Below, piece by piece: positions 9,125 to 18,694 of a DNA stretch of 64,000 nucleotides. The stretch is from the NCBI GenBank assembly GCA_963676835.2, contig CAXXFF010000002.1, positions 1,280,001 to 1,344,000 on the forward strand, given 5' to 3'. The stretch comes from Marispirochaeta sp. Its GTDB lineage: Bacteria > Spirochaetota > Spirochaetia > JC444 > Marispirochaetaceae. Under the pieces are notes generated by a model, which searched no databases, had not been told where the DNA came from, and saw nothing but the letters and a program-made list of their open reading frames with translations. The position numbers and the translations under genes are program-made. Numbering within the stretch: position 1 is the first letter of the stretch; each line of letters starts with the position of its first letter.

Positions 9125-9977
9125 GTTTTTTGCTGCTCTTTCGAATCCTGCCGTTCCTTTTATCCGTTATGCCCTGATTGCGGGAATTGTCTCGTCCGCA
9201 GCCTTCGGGATGGTCGGGACATTTGTGGTTGTTCGCCGCATAAGCTATATTGCCGGTGCTGTCAGTCATGCCGCTCTTGCCGGTCTTGGCGCAAGCCTCT
9301 ATCTCAAGGTTGTACATGAAGTCTCCTGGCTGAGCCCCTTAACCGGTGCGACCATTGCAGCTCTGTTGGCTGCCTGGATTATTGCAGCGGTAAACCTTTA
9401 CGCAGCCGAGCGGGAAGACACCATAATCGGTGCTATCTGGGCGGTAGGTATGGCTATAGGTCTGATTTTTATATCAAAGACTCCGGGCTACATGGATCCC
9501 ATGAGTTATCTTTTCGGAAATATTCTGCTCATCGGCCGGGGAGATCTGCTTCTCATTCTGGGGCTGAACATTGTGGTGGTGGTTCTTATTATTCTCTTCT
9601 ATCCACAGCTGCAGTCTGTCTGCTTTGATGAACCCTACGCCCGGACTCGAGGTGTCCCCACGGGGATCTTTACTATTCTGCTGGTAACCCTGACGGCGGT
9701 GACCGTAGTTCTGATGGTGAGCAGTGTGGGCATTGTTATGGTCATTGCCATGCTGACTCTGCCTGCTGCGACCGCCGGACTTTTCTCCCGGCATCTGTGG
9801 ACCATGATGATTTTCGGTGCTCTGGTTTGTGCCGCTGCCAATGTCACCGGCCTGGCAGTCAGTTATTCTCTGGATATTCCTGCCGGCGCAACCACCATAC
9901 TTGTCAGTGGATCCCTCTATGTTCTCAGTCTTGCTGTCAGATCCGGGCTGCGGAGAATCCGCAGAATCCGGGCATAA
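9117..9977 (+). CDS. znuB: Metal ABC transporter permease (ZnuB-like)
   Basis: GTFVVVRRISYIAGAVSHAALAG, MSYLFGNIL, FDEPYA; start moved to ATG 9117. Confidence 0.9.
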   Translation: MAEFFAALSNPAVPFIRYALIAGIVSSAAFGMVGTFVVVRRISYIAGAVSHAALAGLGASLYLKVVHEVSWLSPLTGATIAALLAAWIIAAVNLYAAEREDTIIGAIWAVGMAIGLIFISKTPGYMDPMSYLFGNILLIGRGDLLLILGLNIVVVVLIILFYPQLQSVCFDEPYARTRGVPTGIFTILLVTLTAVTVVLMVSSVGIVMVIAMLTLPAATAGLFSRHLWTMMIFGALVCAAANVTGLAVSYSLDIPAGATTILVSGSLYVLSLAVRSGLRRIRRIRA

Positions 9978-10030
9978 CAGCCATATTCCTCCTTTTACTG
10001 GACTTTTTCCGGTTCTTTCAGTAGCTTGTA

Positions 10031-10059
10031 TCCATTATACCCCCGGGGGGTATAATGGA
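10031..10059. promoter_or_regulatory. 29-bp palindrome resembling a CsoR/RcnR-family operator, overlapping a TATAAT and the RBS of the CDF gene
   Basis: TCCATTATACCCCC-G-GGGGGTATAATGGA: perfect 14-bp arms with central C/G tracts. Confidence 0.75.
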
Positions 10060-10066
10060 GGCATCA

Positions 10067-10978
10067 ATGGGACACGACCATCATGATCATCACGGCCATG
10101 ATCACCACCATCACCATGGATCGGGGGGAGTCGGCGCGGCTTTCTTTCTGAATCTGATTTTCGCTATTATAGAATTCGCCGGCGGTCTTTTTACCAATAG
10201 TGTGGCAATTATGAGTGATGCCCTCCATGATCTGGGAGATTCAGCAGCTCTGGGCTTTTCCTGGATTATGGAACGTCTTTCACGGAAGGGGTCTTCCGAT
10301 AAACTGACCTTCGGCTACCGCCGTTTTTCTGTTCTCGGGGCCCTTTTCAGTTCTCTGGTGCTTATATCAGGCTCTGTTTTTATTATCAGTGAGGCGGTTC
10401 AGAGAATACTTCACCCTGAAGAAGTAATGCCTGAAGGTATGCTTCCTCTTGCTATTATAGGGGTGGGGGTAAACCTGATAGCCGCTGTCCGTCTGAAGAA
10501 GGAAGGTGGCGATCACCTTAATCAGCGGGTTATTATGCTCCATCTGCTTGAGGATGCCCTGGGCTGGATTGCCGTACTGATTGTAAGTATTGTGCTTTTT
10601 TTCGTAGACATTCCTGTTCTCGATCCGGTTCTCTCTCTGGTTATAACGCTTTTTGTGCTCACCCGGGTGTTTCCCCGACTGCTGGAGTCTCTGCGGGTTT
10701 TTCTTCAGTACAGCCCTGAGAATCTTGAACTGCAGCAGATCCGTACCGCCATCCGGGGATCTTCGGGTGTTGCGGATGTCCACGATACCCATCTCTGGTC
10801 CATAGACGGTAGGGAGCATATCTTCAGTGCCCATGTGGTTTTGAAAGATAATATGAATCTGGCAGAGATGGAAAAGATAAAACAGACGTTGAAGAACGAG
10901 CTTGAATCTCTGGGCGTCAACCATAGCACCATTGAGTTTGAACTTGTGGATACCGTCTGCAAGAGTTGTCGCGAGTAA
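10067..10978 (+). CDS. Cation diffusion facilitator metal exporter (CzcD/ZitB-like) with His-rich N-terminus
   Basis: HDHHDHHGHDHHHHH, SVAIMSDALHDLGD, TFGYRR, HLLEDALG, VHDTHLWSIDG; GGAGG RBS at 10057-10061. Confidence 0.92.
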   Translation: MGHDHHDHHGHDHHHHHGSGGVGAAFFLNLIFAIIEFAGGLFTNSVAIMSDALHDLGDSAALGFSWIMERLSRKGSSDKLTFGYRRFSVLGALFSSLVLISGSVFIISEAVQRILHPEEVMPEGMLPLAIIGVGVNLIAAVRLKKEGGDHLNQRVIMLHLLEDALGWIAVLIVSIVLFFVDIPVLDPVLSLVITLFVLTRVFPRLLESLRVFLQYSPENLELQQIRTAIRGSSGVADVHDTHLWSIDGREHIFSAHVVLKDNMNLAEMEKIKQTLKNELESLGVNHSTIEFELVDTVCKSCRE

Positions 10979-10981
10979 GGG

Positions 10982-12733
10982 CTAAATCTCTTTATAGCGA
11001 TTGTATATTTTTCGTATTTCCGGCATTGCCTCAAGAAAAGCCTGATGAACCCTTGGGTCGAAATGGGTGCCTATGGAGCTCTGGATTATCTCTAGGGCTT
11101 TACTGATGGGGTAGGCTTCTTTATAGGGTCTTTTTGATGTAAGTGCATCAAAAACATCCGCCAGGGCGATAATTCTCCCTTCTATCGGTATCTCTTCTCC
11201 CGAAAGGCCCCTGGGGTAACCGGTGCCGTCATATTTTTCATGGTGACTTGCGATGATATTCTCGGCGGTATTCAGCATGGTTAGTTCAAGAATGTTGTTT
11301 ATTCCCTTATTCATGCTCCGGATTACTTCAAGACCGATTGTTACGTGCTCTTCAATAATCTTGCGTTCATCCAGCTCCAGGCCGCTGTTTTTCTGAAGAA
11401 TAGCATCGGGTACGCCGATTTTACCGATATCATGCAGAGGGGCAAACCAGAAGATCTCCCGTATGAGCATGGGGCTGACGTTTGAATCAGACTTTGTAAG
11501 TTCCCGGGCAATGACATAGGAATATGATGACATCCGGGTAATATGCAGGGAGGTTTCATTGTCTTTTCGTTCCATCAGTGAAACAAAGGCGCTGGTTGTC
11601 TGGGCTACAATCTGCTGGATAATGTAGTGGAAGAAGAGGTTCTGTTTCAGCAGGTTTAAAACCCTCTCTGCATATTTTACATGCTCTTGAGTAAAGGCGT
11701 TCTTTTCCACCGAGGAGAGAAAGAGAAATCCCAGAATATTACCCCGAATTTCAATAGGAATTGTCAGGTTCGACTGAACTCCCTCCTGAAGAATCAACTC
11801 TGTTGCCAGGGACTGGTGAACGTGTTCATAATAGTGAACAAGATCATTAATTACACGGGATTGTCTTGTTTCCAGAATCTCCCCAAGGGAGGTCTCGCTT
11901 ATAAGGCTGACAAAACCCGGTTCAAGGTATGCAGATTTGAGGTTGGATGAAGCTGATTCGGCAATAATATGATCACTATTGTCTATAAAAGCCACAGCAA
12001 GTCTATCACAGGGGACACTCTTGGATAGAATAGCCCGTACTTTGGGGATAAAAGCTTCAAGCGTTCCGTACACCGGGTGTTCTGATAGTTCGAGATTCGA
12101 CCGGTGTATTTCTTCTATTGCCCCTGCCGCATTGAGAAGATCTAGCTCCTCCTGCCAGCGGGGGGAAAATTTGTCTATTCTTTCCTCGGAATCAAGCAGA
12201 TTTCTGATTGAGCCCATCAGTTCTCCTGTTCTGAGTACATATCTGCTGTATTCGCGGTGTATCTGAAATGTCAGGATAAGCACAAACAGAAGCAGGAATG
12301 TCAGAATACTTCCAAACCCTATCAATACCATATTGTGTATTCTCTGAAGGGAGTAGTATCTGCTGCTCAACTCTCTGGCCAGTGTTCCCAGAGGATTTAT
12401 CAGTAAGTATTTCTTCTCCGGGTCAGCATTAGTCTGCAGTATCCTTAGTCCGGATTCAATCTCATCTGAAAAACTTCCTTGCGGGAGCCTCTCCCTGGCG
12501 CTTGTAACGGCGCGGTTAAAGTTTGCCCGGGTTTCCGGAGTTCCTGTCCTTGTCACCTCATGGGTCGCGGCGACCAGCTGATTTATCGTGCCCAGTTGGG
12601 TTCTCAGATTATTTGTGGAACTTCTTGTCTCTTTTTCCACAAAAAAGAGTACCACAAGAGTTACCAGAAAGAGCCCGGCCAGCACAGACAGTAAAATCAG
12701 ATGATTTTTTATATAGCTGCGGAAAGATTTCAT
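10982..12733 (-). CDS. Membrane-anchored GAF plus HD-GYP cyclic-dinucleotide phosphodiesterase
   Basis: Two TM helices, GAF, ETSLHITR, LHDIGKIG, HHEKYDGTGYP, ADVFDALTSKRPYK. Confidence 0.9.
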   Translation of the reverse strand: MKSFRSYIKNHLILLSVLAGLFLVTLVVLFFVEKETRSSTNNLRTQLGTINQLVAATHEVTRTGTPETRANFNRAVTSARERLPQGSFSDEIESGLRILQTNADPEKKYLLINPLGTLARELSSRYYSLQRIHNMVLIGFGSILTFLLLFVLILTFQIHREYSRYVLRTGELMGSIRNLLDSEERIDKFSPRWQEELDLLNAAGAIEEIHRSNLELSEHPVYGTLEAFIPKVRAILSKSVPCDRLAVAFIDNSDHIIAESASSNLKSAYLEPGFVSLISETSLGEILETRQSRVINDLVHYYEHVHQSLATELILQEGVQSNLTIPIEIRGNILGFLFLSSVEKNAFTQEHVKYAERVLNLLKQNLFFHYIIQQIVAQTTSAFVSLMERKDNETSLHITRMSSYSYVIARELTKSDSNVSPMLIREIFWFAPLHDIGKIGVPDAILQKNSGLELDERKIIEEHVTIGLEVIRSMNKGINNILELTMLNTAENIIASHHEKYDGTGYPRGLSGEEIPIEGRIIALADVFDALTSKRPYKEAYPISKALEIIQSSIGTHFDPRVHQAFLEAMPEIRKIYNRYKEI

Positions 12734-12889
12734 CTGCTTAAATTATAGAGGTAGTGAATTCGTACTTCAAGTAGCTTTTCTGCTGCTTCATTTTATACTT
12801 CCATTCCAGAGGGATAAGTGTATATAATAGGTAATTATTAGGCACTCAATAGAGATCATCCGGGATCTTATGCTGTTTAAGGAGTAACC

Positions 12890-13270
12890 ATGAAAGTTTA
12901 TGTCTTTTTATCCGTAAAGGCGGTAATATCGTTAATCTTTGCGGTACTGTTTCTTTTTCTTCCCGAAGTATCCGCCGGCTGGTTCGGTCTGGAGATAGCC
13001 GGAGCCGGCAGTATGCTGCTGCAGCTTGTGGGAGCATTTTTTCTGGGAATTGCGTTGATCAGTTTCTTCTCTGCCCGCAGTGAAGCTGCTTTGACTATCC
13101 GCAATGTTATGCTCTCCTTCAGTATCCTTGATACCCTGGCTTTCTTTATTACTCTTTTTGGTCAGCTGAATGGACTGATGAACGGAGCGGGAATTCTTTT
13201 TATAATTCTCTGGGCTCTGTTTGCGGTAGGAGCGTGGGTTTATTATTTCAAAGGCAGTCTCAGCGTTTAA
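12890..13270 (+). CDS. Small four-TM membrane protein, function unknown
   Basis: AAGGAG RBS; four hydrophobic helices. Confidence 0.7.
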   Translation: MKVYVFLSVKAVISLIFAVLFLFLPEVSAGWFGLEIAGAGSMLLQLVGAFFLGIALISFFSARSEAALTIRNVMLSFSILDTLAFFITLFGQLNGLMNGAGILFIILWALFAVGAWVYYFKGSLSV

Positions 13271-13299
13271 TCCGCAATCCGCGGGGCAGTAACAACTGT

Positions 13300-15588
13300 A
13301 TGTATGTAACTGCTTCGCGTCCCGAACTTCTTGCCCCCGCGGGTACCCTCTCTGCCGCACTGGCGGCTTACTCTGCCGGCGCCGATGCAGTTTACTGCGG
13401 TGTCGGCAGATTCAACGCCCGTGAAATGGGGGTCAACTTTTCCCTCGAAGACCTTTCCCGTCTCTCCGCCCGGGCGAAATCGCTGAACCGGCGCTTCTAT
13501 ATTACCCTCAATACCCTGATTAAAGAGCATGAGTCTCAAGCTTTTATCGAGACCCTGGAAGATATTCTCAAGCTTGATCCGGATGCCCTGATTCTGCAGG
13601 ATCCAGGTGTCGCTGCCTTTCTTTCCCGCAATTACCCTCATATAGAACTTCATGGATCAACCCAGATGGGCATCCACAACGCTCCCGGCATTCTATCTGC
13701 TGAAAACCTTGGCTTCTCCCGGGTTATTCTGGAGCGGCAGCTTAGCCTTGATGAGCTTGCCCTGATAATGCCGCAGTCAAGCCTGGAAGTAGAAGTGTTT
13801 ATCCACGGCGCCTTGTGCTGTTCCCTGTCCGGGCGCTGTCTCTTTTCCTCCTGGCTGGGAGGATGGAGCGGTAACCGGGGGCGCTGCAAGCAGCCATGCC
13901 GGCGGCGGTATGAAATGGAATCATCTTCCGGAGGTGGCGGTGCAGAATCCGGAGAAAAGGGATTTATCTTTTCTCCCCGGGATCTCGGCTCCCTTGATCT
14001 TATCGATGAGTACCGGAGGCTCGGTATTGCTTCGTTGAAGATCGAGGGGCGCCTGAAGCAGCCGGATCATATTTACCGGGTGGTAAAAGCCTACCGTACC
14101 CTGCTTGATGCGGAAGAGTCGGAAAAAGCTGAGGCCCGGAAGGAAGCGCAGTCGCTTTTAAATGGAACCTTCGGCCGGGAGCTCTCCCGGGGATTCAGCA
14201 GTGCTGAGGATATGAAAACCCTTGTTCAGCCGGATTCGGCGGGAATCTCCGGCCAATATTCAGGAAAAGCGGTGGGGGCGAAAAAAGGAAGTGTTACGGT
14301 TCTGCTGGAAGCCGCAGTCGCCCTGGGGGACAAGCTGCGAATTCAGCCCATGGAAGGCGGGGAGGGCGCTGCCTTTACGGTCCGGTCCATCCGCACCGGT
14401 GGCGGCCGGGTTCCCTCTGCAGAGGGGGGCACAGAGGTTGTCCTGGAATGTCCCCTGCCGGTAAGGGTTCCGGGAAATGTATTTAAAATAGGCGAAAGCA
14501 GAAAAGGAATGCGCATTGAGGGGGGCAGTCTGCCTCTCTATGTTCGCAGCCGGAAGGTTGACCTGGACATAGTTGTCGACCTCTCCGGACTGAAGGTAAG
14601 CGCTGCGGGACACCATACCTGGGATGGAGGCGGACCTTTCAATCCTGCATCCCGTGCTCCATTGTCCCGGGAAGCACTGGAAGAGCAGTTCCGCCGTACC
14701 CGTAATGAAAGGCTTGAGGCAGGCCGTGTAGAAATACAGATTTCGGGTAATCCCTTTATTCCTGCCAGTAGTCTGAAGCAGCTGCGCCGGGAGTTCTGGT
14801 CCTGGCTTTCTGAGATTTATTCTAAAGCAGAGCTGCAGACAGCAGAGAGCAGTATACGCTGGGGAGGTTTTTCTCCGGCGGACTGCTCCGGAGAAGTAGA
14901 TGCACTCCAGGTAAATGGATTAGCTGATGCTGAGAACCTGCAGCGCCAGGGAAAAACGGGCCGTCTGGTAGTGCCTGTTTTCTCGCCGGATACCGGGAAG
15001 GTTCCGGACGGGAACCTGGAATACGAACTTCCCCCCTTCTGTGCGGAAACCGACCTTCCTGAGCTTGAAGTACGCCTGAAGGAGCTTTTGACGGCCGGAT
15101 GCCGGCAGTACAGGCTTACCTCGCTGTTTCAGTTTCCTTTGCTGAAGGGTGTGCTGAAAGAATCAGGGATATCTCCCGATGAATGCATGCTTACTGCAGC
15201 CTATCCACTGCCGGTGGTTAACAGCGAAGGCGCTGAACTGATGCGGCGTTGGGGTGTCCGCCGGGTACAGGCCTGGCCGGAGCTTGAGAAAGCGGCTGTT
15301 CTAACTCTCAGGGATTCTTCTCCCCTTCCTCTGGAGGTCTACCGCTTCGGCAGGCCGGTTCTGCTGGTTACCCGTGCTGCTATTCCTGCGGAAGGAAATA
15401 TCAGGGATGACCGGGGTAACGGCTTTCTCATAGAACCTGCAGACAGCCGGGGGATTACCCGGATCTATCCCCGGGAGGTAATGTCTCTCCCGGCAATCCC
15501 CGGAACCTGTTCATGTTTTGATTACCGCATGGCCGGTGCAGAAGAGTCCGGCGGAAGCAGCTTCAACTATTACGGGGATCTTGTCTGA
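13300..15588 (+). CDS. Long U32-family protein (RlhA-like RNA hydroxylase candidate)
   Basis: PELLAPAG, GADAVYCG, HGSTQM, HGALCCSLSGRC...NRGRCKQPCR Fe-S motif, SLKIEGRLK; start moved to ATG 13300. Confidence 0.85.
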   Translation: MYVTASRPELLAPAGTLSAALAAYSAGADAVYCGVGRFNAREMGVNFSLEDLSRLSARAKSLNRRFYITLNTLIKEHESQAFIETLEDILKLDPDALILQDPGVAAFLSRNYPHIELHGSTQMGIHNAPGILSAENLGFSRVILERQLSLDELALIMPQSSLEVEVFIHGALCCSLSGRCLFSSWLGGWSGNRGRCKQPCRRRYEMESSSGGGGAESGEKGFIFSPRDLGSLDLIDEYRRLGIASLKIEGRLKQPDHIYRVVKAYRTLLDAEESEKAEARKEAQSLLNGTFGRELSRGFSSAEDMKTLVQPDSAGISGQYSGKAVGAKKGSVTVLLEAAVALGDKLRIQPMEGGEGAAFTVRSIRTGGGRVPSAEGGTEVVLECPLPVRVPGNVFKIGESRKGMRIEGGSLPLYVRSRKVDLDIVVDLSGLKVSAAGHHTWDGGGPFNPASRAPLSREALEEQFRRTRNERLEAGRVEIQISGNPFIPASSLKQLRREFWSWLSEIYSKAELQTAESSIRWGGFSPADCSGEVDALQVNGLADAENLQRQGKTGRLVVPVFSPDTGKVPDGNLEYELPPFCAETDLPELEVRLKELLTAGCRQYRLTSLFQFPLLKGVLKESGISPDECMLTAAYPLPVVNSEGAELMRRWGVRRVQAWPELEKAAVLTLRDSSPLPLEVYRFGRPVLLVTRAAIPAEGNIRDDRGNGFLIEPADSRGITRIYPREVMSLPAIPGTCSCFDYRMAGAEESGGSSFNYYGDLV

Positions 15589-16273
15589 CCTGCTGTTCCA
15601 GGGCGATCAGTACTCCGACAACATGCTCCTGCTTTTTCGCCGAGAGCACCTTGCGAACATTTTCGCCCTCTTTAAAAAGTCCTGCCATCTTTGCCATAAG
15701 CCTCAGGTGAATTATCTCGCTGTCCGTAAAGGGGAGCATAAAGAGGTAGGTAAGGCTTCCGTCAAGTGATCCGTAGTCTGTTCCTTCGGGGCATATTCCG
15801 ATAATAATCTGGGGTTCTGCCGATTCGTTTTCCCGCGGGTTGCGGGCATGGGGAAAGGCAATGGACCCGATTGCGGTGGTCATCATCTCTTCCCTGGACA
15901 TTAGAATATCAAGGTATGCTTTTTCGTCCCGTATCTGGTCCCGTGAAATAAGCGGGGCGATAAGCTGAGTGAGGATTTCCCGCTTGCTGCCGGGTTTTAT
16001 GTTCATAATCACCTGATCAATCTGGACCAGCCTGGAAAGGGGTACCAGGTCGTGCTGCTCTTCCATCAGTTTGGCGATGTCGTTTTTCGGCACTACCTGC
16101 ATGTTGGAAAGAATCCAGTCGTCTATCATGGAATGACTGAATCTCCACTGGCTGCCGATCTTTACCGCAGGGATCTCTCCTCTGTTGATCATCCGCATTA
16201 CTGTTTTCTCTGCCACCTGCAGATATCCTGCGACCTCACTGAGGGTCATCAGTTTGCCTTCTTCCCCGGACAT
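15563..16273 (-). CDS. Excisionase-type HTH fused to a PTS EIIA (Ntr/fructose-type) domain
   Basis: MTLSEVAGYLQV...IPAVKIGSQWRF; REEMMTTAIG-IAFPHAR phospho-His motif. Confidence 0.88.
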   Translation of the reverse strand: MSGEEGKLMTLSEVAGYLQVAEKTVMRMINRGEIPAVKIGSQWRFSHSMIDDWILSNMQVVPKNDIAKLMEEQHDLVPLSRLVQIDQVIMNIKPGSKREILTQLIAPLISRDQIRDEKAYLDILMSREEMMTTAIGSIAFPHARNPRENESAEPQIIIGICPEGTDYGSLDGSLTYLFMLPFTDSEIIHLRLMAKMAGLFKEGENVRKVLSAKKQEHVVGVLIALEQQVRQDPRNS

Positions 16274-16406
16274 CCAGGTCCTCCTTGGTCAAGCTGCTAC
16301 TTTCGGTACTGTTCAGTGTACAATAAACGTCAGTAGCGGACAATGGTGATGTTTTCCTTTTGTTTTTCTTTTACCTGGAAGTTCCCTGTGGTACAATCCC
16401 AACCCG

Positions 16407-17486
16407 ATGAGTACTTCCGCCTCCGGGCTGTCCACAGAAATCAGGATCCTTTCATCGGATGCACAGACCCTTGGTCGGGAAGCTCCCGGTGGAGTTTCCC
16501 TGGTGGTTACTTCACCTCCTTATCCTATGATCGAAATGTGGGACGCCTCATTTTCTTCCCAGCAGAGCAGTATCGCCGGATATCTTGCTTCCGGAGAGGG
16601 TGACAGTGCTTTTGAGGCTATGCATCAGATTCTGGATGGTGTGTGGAGGGAGGTTGCGGAACTGCTTCTGCCCGGAGGCATCGCCTGTATCAACATCGGA
16701 GATGCCCTGCGTACGATGAACGGGGTGTTCCGGATGTATCCCAATGCCGCCCGCATAAGCCGTACTTTTTCCATGCTCGGGTTTCATGCGCTTCCCGGAA
16801 TAATCTGGCGTAAAAGTACTAATGCACCCAACAAGTTCATGGGATCCGGGATGCTTCCCGGCGGGGCATATATGACCCTTGAGCACGAACATATTCTCAT
16901 TTTCCGTAAAGGAAGCCGCCGTATTTTTTCCCGTAACGATGGGCCGTTACGCAGACGGAGCGCATATTTCTGGGAAGAGCGTAACCTGTGGTTTTCCGAT
17001 ATGTGGGATCTTGCCGGTTCCCGGCAGAGAATGGCGGAGAGCAAAGTCAGAGACCGCAGCGGAGCTTTTCCTCTGGAACTGGCATACCGGCTGATCAATA
17101 TGTATTCCCTCCAGGGCGAACTGGTGGCGGATCCTTTCCTGGGAACAGGAACAACCGCCTTTGCGGCCGCCGCAGCAGGCCGCTCATTCGTCGGAACTGA
17201 ACTTGAAGCGGATATTGCAGAACAGATTCCCGGGGAAATATTAAGCCGGTTTAACCCGGAGAATGACAAAAATGAAGGCAGTTCAATTAACCGGCGGCGC
17301 CTTGATGCTCATGACGGGTTTATCAATGCCTACAGGGAACGGGGTAAACATCCGGGTTATCTGAACCGGGTATATGGATTTCCGGTGATAACAGCCCAGG
17401 AACAGGATCTTGCACTGCCGGAAATATCGGCACTGGAGCAGGACGGCATGACTGTCCGGCTGAATTACTCCTTTTCCGGAGTTTGA
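16407..17486 (+). CDS. Solitary beta-class N4-C/N6-A DNA methyltransferase
   Basis: Catalytic TSPPY precedes SAM-binding DPFLGTGTT; HEHILIFRKG, FPLELAYRLI. Confidence 0.9.
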   Translation: MSTSASGLSTEIRILSSDAQTLGREAPGGVSLVVTSPPYPMIEMWDASFSSQQSSIAGYLASGEGDSAFEAMHQILDGVWREVAELLLPGGIACINIGDALRTMNGVFRMYPNAARISRTFSMLGFHALPGIIWRKSTNAPNKFMGSGMLPGGAYMTLEHEHILIFRKGSRRIFSRNDGPLRRRSAYFWEERNLWFSDMWDLAGSRQRMAESKVRDRSGAFPLELAYRLINMYSLQGELVADPFLGTGTTAFAAAAAGRSFVGTELEADIAEQIPGEILSRFNPENDKNEGSSINRRRLDAHDGFINAYRERGKHPGYLNRVYGFPVITAQEQDLALPEISALEQDGMTVRLNYSFSGV

Positions 17487-17686
17487 GATTTTTTCTTTTT
17501 CAGATGTTTCGGGGTCATTCGGTCCCGGGCTATGCGAAAGGCATACCGCATAATTGTTTCCGTTGAAACATCCGGGCCGTGTTTGCGCTGCATAATCATG
17601 ACAATCGCTTTCAGGGCATCTTCGGTGAGAGAGAGATAGATAAAACGGTCCCGCTCTTCCGGGGTCATATCCTCCCATTCTACCAT
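17465..17686 (-). CDS. Small hypothetical protein (73 aa)
   Basis: GGAGG RBS; protein-like helical composition; follows the VIT1 gene on the same strand. Confidence 0.65.
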   Translation of the reverse strand: MVEWEDMTPEERDRFIYLSLTEDALKAIVMIMQRKHGPDVSTETIMRYAFRIARDRMTPKHLKKKKSQTPEKE

Positions 17687-17710
17687 TCAAGTACCTCCGG
17701 GTAAGGCAAA

Positions 17711-18574
17711 TTAAAGGTCGATTCCTATGGTATTGCGCACCAGAACACCGATACCGAAGGATATGGCTGCAACACCGAGACTCAGCACTGCCATTTCGGT
17801 AAACCGAGGCCAGAATTTCAGATCTTTGGCGACGGCTACGTAATAGTTGAAGAAGAAGATTATCAGAATAGCGATTATCATGGTTGCCGTAAGACAGAGA
17901 ATATAATTTCCTATAAGCAGATAGGGCATGATCAGTAATGCTACGGTAAGAATGTAGGCAATACCGGTGTAGACGGCAGATTTTACTGCATTGGAGTTTC
18001 CTTCAGTTCTATTGGAGAGATATTCCGAGGCGGCCATGGAGAATGAGGCGGCAATCCCGGTAATAAGCCCCGCCACGGCAATAAGCCGGGTATTCTGCAG
18101 TGCAAAAGAGAGGCCCGCCAGGGCTCCTGTCAGTTCCACCAGGGCGTCGTTCAGTCCCAGTACAATTGACCCGACATATTCCAGGCGCTCTTCCTTGAGC
18201 ATTGTCAGAAGTTCCTGCTCGTGTTTGTCCTCATCGGCAATGATACGCTTTGCCTCCGGGACTTCCGTACTCATGGCATCGTAGATCTCCTGAGCCTGTT
18301 CTTCTCCCTTTTCCATCAGTTTCAGGGCAAAAGTCAGCCCCAGAATCCTTGCTATCACCACAAAAAAGAAGACCTTGAACCATTTCGGCTTTGCTGTTTT
18401 GCCGGTAAATTTTTTCAGGAAATCGTGATGAGCCTGTTCTTCGTTACCTATTTTCCTGAGGATATCCGCATTGGGGTCTTTTTTCAGGATCTTTGCCAGA
18501 TGTGTATATATCTGGTGTTCTGTAACCTCATTCCGCTGCATGGCGAAAATACGGGAATTAATACTGGTATCCAT
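17711..18574 (-). CDS. Rubrerythrin-like plus VIT1/CCC1 metal transporter
   Basis: EEQAH and DEDKH ExxH motifs; SIVLGLNDALVE, AASFSMAASEYLS. Confidence 0.9.
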   Translation of the reverse strand: MDTSINSRIFAMQRNEVTEHQIYTHLAKILKKDPNADILRKIGNEEQAHHDFLKKFTGKTAKPKWFKVFFFVVIARILGLTFALKLMEKGEEQAQEIYDAMSTEVPEAKRIIADEDKHEQELLTMLKEERLEYVGSIVLGLNDALVELTGALAGLSFALQNTRLIAVAGLITGIAASFSMAASEYLSNRTEGNSNAVKSAVYTGIAYILTVALLIMPYLLIGNYILCLTATMIIAILIIFFFNYYVAVAKDLKFWPRFTEMAVLSLGVAAISFGIGVLVRNTIGIDL

Positions 18575-18694
18575 ACCGGCCTCTTTATCTTTTGTCTTAT
18601 CATGGTCGTTCTGTACAGATTCACTCTAAATCATATAGGGCGGGGGCTCAAGATGAAAATTCAAATAGAGGGCAATTGAAATTAGTGCAAATGT

